Shown here piece after piece: positions 1-7,333 of a stretch of 32,000 bases of DNA. The DNA comes from Polynucleobacter necessarius. GTDB taxonomy: Bacteria; Pseudomonadota; Gammaproteobacteria; Burkholderiales; Burkholderiaceae. The stretch spans positions 727,207 through 759,206 of the forward strand of contig NZ_LT606950.1 in the NCBI RefSeq assembly GCF_900095195.1, given 5' to 3'. The translations under genes and the position numbers were made by a program. The first letter of the stretch is position 1. Each line of letters starts with the position of its first letter. The notes below the pieces were generated by a model that worked only from the letters and a program-made list of their open reading frames with translations, searched no databases and was not told where the DNA came from.

Positions 1-1
1 T

Positions 2-367
2 AAGATTATCGACACCCTACTCGATGCACGCCAAATGTTCCCAGGAAAGCGCAATTCATTAGATGCGCTCTGCGATAGATTCAACATCAGCAATGAACAC
101 CGCACATTGCACGGCGCCTTATTGGATGCCCAACTGCTAGCAGAAGTTTATATTGCCATGACGCGAGGCCAAGAAGATCTATTGATTGATCTGATTGACT
201 ATACCGTTGGTGCCGATGTTGCCGGCAACAGCAAAGCATTGCCAGCTAATTTGAAAGTGCTGGCGGCTAGCGATGATGATCATGCACAACATGAGAAGAT
301 TCTTGCTGAAATCGCCAAGGCAAGCAAGAAGGATCCCGCCTGGAGTCCTGTCATAACAGTTTCTTAA
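2..367 (+). CDS. dnaQ: DNA polymerase III epsilon subunit (3'-5' proofreading exonuclease), C-terminal part; the 5' end lies outside the window
   Basis: Frame 2 is open from the window edge (KIIDTLLDARQMFPGKRNSLDALCDRF...HRTLHGALLDAQLLAEVY). This is the DnaQ ExoIII (H-x4-D) region followed by a low-complexity tail. Stop codon TAA at 365-367. Confidence 0.85.
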   Translation, partial: KIIDTLLDARQMFPGKRNSLDALCDRFNISNEHRTLHGALLDAQLLAEVYIAMTRGQEDLLIDLIDYTVGADVAGNSKALPANLKVLAASDDDHAQHEKILAEIAKASKKDPAWSPVITVS

Positions 368-1548
368 TTTACTGCTGTTTTTTCTTCGATTAATTTTTGA
401 TACAACGCTTCAAGATCGGTGACGTACTGTTTAGTGTCAAATAAAGGTGCGGATGTACGATTAGCCTCAAGCCTCTTCCTAAGATTCATCAGCAGCTGAG
501 GATTGCTGGCCAATTCAAAAAGTAATTAACTCAGGCAATCCCAAAGCGGATAATTGGCTTGCAGCAACCCTTCCAGCAAATGTTGAACCTATCTGCGTAA
601 GAACAGGAAGGCCAGCCCATAATGCATCAGCAGCAGTTGTATGAGCATTGTAGTTTGGTGCATCCAAAAATAAATCAGCTAGTCTAAGGCGCGAGAGATA
701 GACTGCTCTGCTTGGAACGAGCTCTGCAAAAATTAAGCGAGATGAATCAACGCCGCGTTTTAGCGCTTCGTTTACTAAATTTTTGGTTGCAACATCAGAG
801 AATTTTGACAGCCAAAGCACGCTGTGTGGAAACGACTTTAGCAATTTAATCCGGGTATCAAATACGGATGGCGTAATCTTGTAAAAATTATTGAAGTAGG
901 CAAACACCAGGCCATCTACTAGTAAGCCATGATCTTCTCTTTTGGGAAAAAGGCCTAGACTATCTATTGATATTGATGTGTCAGCAGAAAAAAAAGAATT
1001 GAGTAAATAAGAAACAAACTCAGTGTAATGAGGTCTGTCATTTGGCGGAAACACCACCTGATCAGCAATTAAACAGTCATAAAAATCTGCGCCTGAAGTG
1101 CCTGCAAAGCCAAGATAATTAACCTGAGGCGGTGCAATGCGGTTTGCAAACAATGCGGTTCTAGCTCCTGTAGTATGGCAATTTAAATCGATGGCGATAT
1201 ATCAATATCTAAGCTCCCTAATAAATCAAAGACTTCCTGATCACTCATATTATGAGTGTGATAGCAATGATCAAATAATGCCTTAAATTGCTCTTCGACC
1301 TCATCACCTGTTTCTCTATTCAAAAATACTCCAGATACTTCAAATCGTGATCTGTCATGCATTTTGACTATGTTTTTCATTAAAACGCCAACAGGATGAA
1401 ATTTAAAATCGGATGAAAAATAAGCAATTCTTATTTTTGAATCAGCCGATTTAGGTTTGATGACTAGTGTTTTATTTTTGGTAGTTAGATATTTGTTACG
1501 AACATACTGGATTGCACATTTTTTTGAAGCTCTAATGATGCTGGCGTA
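364..1548 (-). pseudogene. SPY/OGT-like (GT41 family) glycosyltransferase, catalytic half only, with multiple lesions
   Basis: Three frames together give KIRIAYFSSDFKFHPVG...HDRSRFEV...DIDI[A]IDLNCHTTGARTALFANRIAPPQVNYLGFAGTSGADFYDCLIAD...GLPVLT...GLPELIT //LFELASNPQLLMNLRKRLEANRTSAPLFDTKQYVTDLEALYQKL*. There is a 2-bp AT insertion at about 1197-1202 and a frameshifting deletion at about 518-530. The N-terminal TPR region is absent. The stop codon (364-366) overlaps the dnaQ stop. The upstream limit (1450-1548) is uncertain. Confidence 0.7.
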
Positions 1549-1551
1549 TTA

Positions 1552-2069
1552 AGCAAGATAAATGGCATGGCCACAGATTTATTTGCAGAAACGAGCTCTA
1601 GCTTCTGGATAGCCCAAATGATCAAGCATCATAGCGCCACTCCATATTTGCCCGATGGGGTTAGCGATCATTTTGCCGTAAATATCTGGCGTTGAGCTAT
1701 GGATGGGTTCAAATAATGATGGGAACTTGCCTTCAGGATTAATACTTCCAGACGGAGCAACGGCAATCGTCCCAGTACATGCCGGACCTAAGTCAGAAAG
1801 AATATCACCAAATAAGTTGCTCGCCACAACCACATCAAAGCGATCGGGATTCATCACAAAATGGGCCGCCAAAATGTCGATATGGTATTTATCGGTTCGC
1901 ACATCTGCAAACTGTTGAGCCATTTCTTCAACACGCTCATCCCAATATGGCATCGTAATAGCGATACCGTTTGACTTCGTAGCAGATGTTAGATGCTTCT
2001 TAGGCCGACTTTGAGCAAGGTAATATGCGTATTGCAATATGCGATCAACGCCCTGATGAGTAAATAAAG
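1552..2069 (-). pseudogene. ttuC: Tartrate dehydrogenase/decarboxylase (D-malate / 3-isopropylmalate dehydrogenase family), 3' half
   Basis: LFTHQGVDRILQYAYYLAQSRPKKHLTSATKSNGI...DILAAHFVMNPDRFDVVVASNLFGDILSDLGPACTGTIAVAPSGSINPEG...FEPIHSSTPDIYGKMIANPIGQIWSGAMMLDHLG. It continues seamlessly from the + strand fragment that ends at 6937. There is an in-frame stop at 1579-1581, and the C-terminal roughly 30 codons are missing. Confidence 0.8.
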
Positions 2070-2171
2070 CGATAGGATGCTTAAAAAGCAGAATAAACGA
2101 GACAGCGAAGTCCTGCAGGCGTGAGCGTCAGGTCTTTATTTACCCAAAATTCTAATAACTACACAGACAAT

Positions 2172-3062
2172 ATGAATGCTCCAAAATCCTTTGAATCCAA
2201 AGAAGATATCGGCCACTATGTTGGTGGATCTGTCATCAGCCCTAAAGATGGTCGCTTTGCCGACGTATACAACCCTGCCAAGGGTGCAGTAGCCCGCAAA
2301 GTTGCTTTGGCGAGCCGCAAGGAGGTTGATTCTGCCGTTGCTGTCGCTCAAAAGGCATTTGACTCTTGGAGTCAGACTAGCCCCCTGCGTCGCGCTCGCA
2401 TTCTGTTTAAGTACTTAGAGCTACTCAATGCCAATCGCGATGAATTAGCAGCCATCATTACCGCCGAGCATGGCAAGGTGTTTACCGACGCACAGGGAGA
2501 AGTAACCCGTGGCATTGAAATCCTGGAATTCGCCACAGGCATCCCCGAGCTGCTAAAGGGTGACTACACCGAGCAGGTTTTAACAGATATTGATAACTGG
2601 GTCATGCGTCAACCCTTGGGTGTTGTAGCCGGTATTACGCCATTTAACTTTCCCGTCATGGTTCCCATGTGGATGTTCCCAATGGCAATCGCCTGTGGCA
2701 GTAGATGCCTTAATTGAAAATCCCGATGTCAAAGCCATTAGCTTTGTAGGTTCAACACCTATCGCAAATTACATCTATGAGCGTTGCGCGCATTTTGGCA
2801 AGCGCTCTCAAGCACTGGGTGGCGCAAAGAACCACATGGTTATCATGCCGGATGCGGACATTGATAAAGCCATCGATGCATTAGTAGGAGCTGCCTATGG
2901 TTCTGCAGGCGAGCGTTGTATGGCGATATCTGTAGCGGTTCTGGTTGGTGATGTGGCGGATAAGATCATGCCGAAATTAATTGAACGTACCAAAACGCTC
3001 AAGATTAAGAATGGAATGGAGCTCGATTTTTCTTGGGCGGCACCCTATTTGACAATGTTGCC
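2172..3062 (+). pseudogene. mmsA: Methylmalonate-semialdehyde dehydrogenase (CoA-acylating), 5' two-thirds with two internal deletions
   Basis: [19 protein letters not shown]...[27 protein letters not shown] // [28 protein letters not shown]...[15 protein letters not shown]...[14 protein letters not shown]...KIKNGMELD // [11 protein letters not shown]. About 40 codons are missing at about 2699 and about 45-60 codons at about 3027, and both deletions shift the frame. The fragment joins OYE sequence at 3059-3062. Confidence 0.85.
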
Positions 3063-3865
3063 GGTCGCAAGGCCTCCAGTGCAACACCCTGGGATGGTGG
3101 CCAACTTCTGTCAATCGATCAAGGTGGTTGGGAAACATTGGCACCTTCAGCCATTCCACAATTAGACGGGGAGACGGGGAGCGTTTACCACATGAACTCT
3201 CTAAAGTTGAGCTAAAGGATTTGATCGATGTGTTTGTGACTGCCGCTAAGCGGGCTGATCGCATAGGTCTTGACGGCATTGAGTTGCATGGAGCGCATGG
3301 TTATCTTTTGCATCAATTTTTATCACCGATCGCCAATCAGCGAACGGATGAATACGGTGGTTCGTTTGAGAATCGCATTCGCTTTCCATTGGAATTGTTT
3401 GCAGCAGTAAGGGCAGCCTACCAGGGCGTGCTTGGTATCCGCATCTCAGCAAGCGATTGGGTTGAGGGTGGGTGGATTCCAGAAGAAACGGCGAATTTTG
3501 CAAAACAATTAAAGTCATTGGGCTGCGATTTTGTACATATTTCTTCCGGTGGTATTTCTCCAAAACAAAAAATTGCGCTTGGCCCAAATTATCAGGTTCC
3601 GTTTGCCAAGATTGTGAAAGAGCAATCGGGTTTACCGACTATGACTGTTGGATTGATCACTGATCCACACCAAGCAGAAGAAATTTTACAAAAGGGGGAT
3701 GCGGATCTGATTGCATTAGCGCGAGCATTCTTGTACAAGCCGCGTTGGGGCTGGGAGGCCGCTGCTGCACTCAATGCAACAGTCAATGCCAATGAGCGCT
3801 ACTGGCGTTGTTTACCCAGAGAAGCTCAGTCAGTATTTGGAAGCGTTAAAGTAGGACAACGATAA
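3059..3865 (+). pseudogene. NADH:flavin oxidoreductase (Old Yellow Enzyme family), 3' two-thirds
   Basis: (HA)[37 protein letters not shown][frameshift]RLPHELSKVELKDLIDVFVTAAKRADRIGLDGIELHGAHGYLLHQFLSPIANQRTDEYGGSFENRIRFPLE... runs to the native stop at 3863-3865. The frameshift is caused by an 8-bp tandem duplication at 3165-3180. Confidence 0.85.
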
Positions 3866-3885
3866 ATAGAAAATTAGGAGATCAA

Positions 3886-4380
3886 ATGAACACTCTTCAG
3901 CAAGCGTTGTTATCAACTAGAAAATTACTAATCATGATCAGCTGGCTTTCTGCAGTCACGTCAGCTTTCGCCCAATCGTTCCCAGATAAATCCATTACTT
4001 TGGGTGGTACCCAATCCTCCCGGGGGCCTGGTAGATACGTCAGCGCATCTATTAAGTGAGCCTTTGACAAGGGTCATTGGCCAACCCGTTGTGGTTGACA
4101 ACAAGCCTGGTGCCAGCGGCAATATTGCCCATCAATACGTTGCGAATGCTAAACTAAACGGTTACACCTTGTTGATCTCATACTCGGGGTATCACGTTGG
4201 TAATCCTGCCTTGATGGATAAACTGCCATGGGACCCTATTAAGGACTTTTCGCCAATCGCTTTGCTGACGGTCTCAACGAACGTCATTGCGGTTCACCCA
4301 TCAGTACCTGTAAATAATTTGAAAGAATTTATTGCTTACGCTAAGGCCAACCCAGGAAAGTTAAATTACGCTTCTCGTAA
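3886..4380 (+). pseudogene. Bug/TctC-family periplasmic solute-binding protein, N-terminal half only
   Basis: AGGAG lies 6 nt upstream of the ATG at 3886. A signal peptide (MNTLQQALLSTRKLLIMISWLSAVTSAFA) is followed by QSFPDKSITL, then a +1 G frameshift at 4002-4004, then VPNPPGGLVDTSAHLL...GQPVVVDNKPGASGNIA...KLPWDPIKDFSPIALL...ANPGKLNYAS. The C-terminal half is deleted, and the fragment abuts the 3' end of the amidase. Confidence 0.75.
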
Positions 4381-5478
4381 TACGGGGTCAGGCAATGCAA
4401 GCGCAAACGCTCTTGCAACGCTGAGTAGCAAATGATCTTTACCTGGGCCCGCAATTAATTGGACGCCGATGGGAAGTCCATTAACTCCAGTTGAGATATT
4501 CAAGTTAATGCATGGCAAACCGAGTAGTGTCCACATTCTGCAAAATATAGGATCTCCGGTGCCGTCTTTGAGTAATGGCGCCTCTCCAATTGCACTTTGG
4601 GCAATGAGAATGTCCACTTGATTTTGAAATAACTCAGCAATCGTTTTGCGTGCTATCTCAGTTGCCTGCAAATCTTTGGAATATTGCTGGTAAGTGATAC
4701 GCTTACCGTCATCTAGCTGTTTGCTCAATAGGGGGCTGAGTTTTTTCGCATACTGCTCACGCTCAAATGCCAGGCTGCGCGATATTTCGTTAACCATGAT
4801 GCGCGTTTGCGTCTCGCGTAACGTATCGAATGAATTTGGCAGCGATAAATCGTTTACCAAGCTTTTTGCAATTTTTTCTGCCGCGAAGCGCGCAAGAGCA
4901 ATTGCTGCTATAGAAGCTTGGCTTGCGCACTCCCAATCGGACGTTTTGCAAACAGCGATTTTGGGTTTGTAATGGAGTGATTCGATTGTGCCCATAGCGT
5001 GGTCGCCACTCATTGCGGCAACACCCAACGCAACATCTTCAACACTTCTGCCAAAGCATCCCAGGGTATCCAACGACGGCGCCAAGCTTTTTACGCCAGC
5101 AACACTAATTTTGCCCAGGCTCGGTTTAAATCCCACGACGCCACAGTAGGAGGCTGGTCGAATGATGGATTCCGCAGTTTGACTTCCAGTAGCCAGTGGC
5201 ACCATGAAATCCGCAACCTCAGCAGCAGAGCTGCTAGATGATCCGCCAGGCGTATGTTCTGCATCGAATGGGTTAGTTGTGGGGCCGCTATTGAATGAGG
5301 CAAATTCCGTGGTGACGGTTTTACCTAAAATAATGGCGCCTTGTTGGCGCATTAGGGCTACCGATACAGCATCCGTTTTGGGGTAATGATGCGCATAGAT
5401 TGAGGAGCCATAGGAGGTTGGGAGGTCATAGGTATCAAAAGGTCCTTGATGCCAATCGGCAAGCCATGCAAAAGGCCC
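4366..5478 (-). pseudogene. Amidase (amidase-signature family), 3' five-sixths
   Basis: LLHGLPIGIKDL[1-bp deletion in the T-run, 5437-5440]FDTYDLPTSYGSSIYAHHYPKTDAVSVALMRQQGAIILGKTVTTEFA...HTPGGSSSSSAAEVA...IIRPASYCGVVGFKPS...GLPIGVQLIAGPG... The signature GGSSGGS has degraded to GGSSSSS. The N-terminal 65 codons lie on the + strand at 5919-6117. Confidence 0.8.
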
Positions 5479-5845
5479 TTTACAGCCCCTTTCATCATCA
5501 GCTTCACAGTGAGCCCTTCAGTAGCATGAGCCATTCTTGCTGGCCCTTCTAACCCAACAGTTTGAGCTATTCCCTTGAAATCTTCGCCATGTCCACTAAA
5601 GCAATCATCAACGGCATGGCAAAGCTCATGTACTAAGGTATCTAATAATTGCACGGGATCGTCAATCCACCGCCTGAACGCTCTCTTGGCCAGCATTGGC
5701 CCAAGGTTGTTCGAGGACTACTCGATGCCGGAAATCCACAAGAAACTCTCACTGGAGGGATGGCATAGCCAGCTTTTGAAAATACTGGCTCAAGGTGTCT
5801 TACGGCGTCCTCAAGTTATGCTTCCGTGCAAGTATGTTGCTTCAT
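5474..5845 (-). pseudogene. SprT-like / ArdC-C-terminal-type zinc metalloprotease domain protein, 5' part
   Basis: The sequence is spread over three frames: MKQHTCTEA / LEDAVRHLEPVFSKAGYAIPPVRVSCGFPASSSPRTTLGQCWPRERS / IDDPVQLLDTLVHELCHAVDDCFSGHGEDFKGIAQTVGLEG... It has an HExxH motif (HELCH). At least two frameshifts are present. The reading frame runs straight into amidase sequence at 5474-5478. Confidence 0.6.
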
Positions 5846-5918
5846 TAAAGATTAGGGTAATTAAGATTAAATTTGGGCTAAATTACGATCATACGCCACG
5901 AAAAGTAGAATAGGCTCG
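5846..5918. promoter_or_regulatory. AT-rich divergent intergenic region between the SprT-like and amidase start codons; presumed divergent promoters
   Basis: This is a 73-bp AT-rich spacer (taaagattagggtaattaagattaaatttgggctaaattacg...) between two divergently oriented start codons. I could not assign a confident -35/-10 pair. Confidence 0.3.
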
Positions 5919-6117
5919 ATGAGGGATTTAGAAAGCCTTAGCGCTCACCAAGCGGTCCGAGCCCTTGCCAGAAGGGAGATCAACGCTCAAGGTTTACTGC
6001 TAGCCTGCCTGGATCGAATTGGGCAGCGAGATAGCGTTGTACGGGCTTGGTCCAGCTTTGGGAAGGAAAATGCCCTTGTTCGTGCTAAATCGCTTGATAA
6101 AGGTCAAGAGTTGGGCC
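5919..6117 (+). pseudogene. Amidase, 5' fragment (first ~65 codons), fused in frame to the SprT-like 3' part
   Basis: MRDLESLSAHQAVRALARREINAQGLLLACLDRIGQRDSVVRAWSSFGKENALVRAKSLDKGQELG is a typical amidase N-terminus. The expected continuation (L)LHGLPIGIKD is on the minus strand at 5478 and downward. Confidence 0.7.
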
Positions 6118-6380
6118 CATATCCACATCAAGCCATTGTGTTTCCTCCACTAAGACCCAGCAATGCGAGTCGCAGTAAGGCGAAGTGTGGTCAATGCGGA
6201 TATGAGGTTACCCTTCTAAAAAAATGGGCCAGATATGGTGCGCCCATCTGCCCCAAAGACAATATCCGTATGCAGGAAGATATTCCAGAGACTATTGAAA
6301 ATACCGAAAATTACAATAGCGACTCGGTTGATAAAGGCTTGAAACCAAGCCGTGATGAGATCCAACGAGCCATTAGCTAA
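6113..6380 (+). pseudogene. SprT-like metalloprotease, 3' part (zinc-ribbon tail)
   Basis: PYPHQAIVFPPLRPSNASRSKAKCGQCGYEVTLLKKWARYGAPICPKDNIRMQE... carries the CxxC...CP zinc ribbon typical of SprT-like protein C-termini, followed by the native stop. Confidence 0.6.
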
Positions 6381-6446
6381 AAAAACCAACGCGTAAAGTT
6401 ACATCTAGACTAAAGCACTATTAAACGAGAGACTAAGACATCATGA

Positions 6447-6937
6447 ATGCAAAAAATATTTAAAAATCCCAAAATTGCAGTAATTCCTGGCGATGGAATT
6501 GGTAAGGAGGTAATCCCTGAGGGGGTGCGTGCGTTAGAGGCGGCTAATCGAAAGTTTAATATCGGTATGCAGTTTGATCATTTCGATTTTGCGAGCTGCG
6601 ATTATTACCAAAAGCGGCAAGATGTTACCTGATGATTGGTTTGATCTGTTGATGAAATACGATGCTATTTTCTTTGGCGCTATCGGTATGCCGAATATTC
6701 TTCCGGACCATGTGTCATTGTGGGGTAGTTTGATTCAGTTCCGTCGCGGCTTTGATCAGTACGTCAATCTGCGTCCGGTACGACTATTACCAGGGGTGCC
6801 ATGTCCGTTAGCAAATCGCAAACCGGGCGATATTGATTTCTTTGTTGTCCGCGAGAATACCGAAGGTGAATATTTAAGCGTTGGTGGAAAGATGTTTCCG
6901 GACACTGATCGCGAGTTTGTAATTCAGGAATCTTTAT
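6447..6937 (+). pseudogene. ttuC: Tartrate dehydrogenase/decarboxylase family, 5' half
   Basis: MQKIFKNPKIAVIPGDGIGKEVIPEGVRALEAA...FDFASCDYYQK[frameshift within 6609-6616]GKMLPDDWFDLLMKYDAIFFGAIGMP...LWGSLIQFRRGFDQYVNLRPVRLLPGV...DFFVVRENTEGEY...REFVIQESL. It ends at junction 6932-6937, and its continuation is the minus-strand fragment ending at 2069. Confidence 0.85.
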
Positions 6938-6948
6938 AGCAATTTTCG

Positions 6949-6981
6949 TATTTTGACCAAGATTTATTGGATATTTTGACC
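6949..6981 (+). repeat. 10-bp direct repeat TATTTTGACC x2 (6949-6958 and 6972-6981) upstream of the OYE start
   Basis: The two copies are exact and start 23 bp apart, 26-58 bp upstream of the ATG at 7007. Each contains a TTGACC (-35-like) hexamer. They could be an operator or tandem -35 elements. Confidence 0.3.
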
Positions 6982-7006
6982 CCATATCGTCCTTAAAGGC
7001 ATCAGC

Positions 7007-7333
7007 ATGAGTCTATTATTTAGCCCATACACCCTCAATTCTCCCCGTGGACCCTTGGGGCTCGCTAACCGAATTGTGGTGGCACCGATGTGCCAATATT
7101 CGGCGTCCAACGGCGAGGCAACCGATTGGCATTTAATGCATTGGGGTAATCTTCTAAATAGTGGTGCAGCACTTTTCATTATTGAGGCTACCGGTGTCAC
7201 ACCGGAGGCGAGAATTACACCAGCTTGTTTAGGTTTATGGGATGACCGCACTGAAGCAGCACTTAGGGATAAATTGATTCGAGCGCGAAAGTTAGTTCCA
7301 GCAACACCTGTATTTATTCAATTGGCACATGCC
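7007..7333 (+). pseudogene. NADH:flavin oxidoreductase (Old Yellow Enzyme family), 5' third
   Basis: [80 protein letters not shown]...PVFIQLAHA stops exactly before the canonical GRK, which is found at 3063. It is fused in frame to the mmsA 3' end. Confidence 0.85.

Noticed and set aside
2121-2171. Upstream extension of mmsA ([17 protein letters not shown]...)
   Set aside because: It uses a GTG start inside the former intergenic region. The conserved MmsA N-terminus begins at the ATG at 2172.
1703-5386. Short ORFs antisense to pseudogene fragments (1703-1918, 2136-2351, 2977-3279, 3246-3587, 4694-4972, 4999-5241, 5204-5386)
   Set aside because: Each lies opposite a fragment with clear protein-family homology. 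None shows motifs or a translation-initiation context.
5474-6118. Possible programmed invertible promoter switch (phase variation), since the inverted segment contains a divergent promoter
   Set aside because: No site-specific recombinase gene is nearby. The flanking inverted homology is only 5 bp. The breakpoints lie inside coding sequence, and both genes carry additional frameshifts. A one-off illegitimate inversion is more parsimonious.
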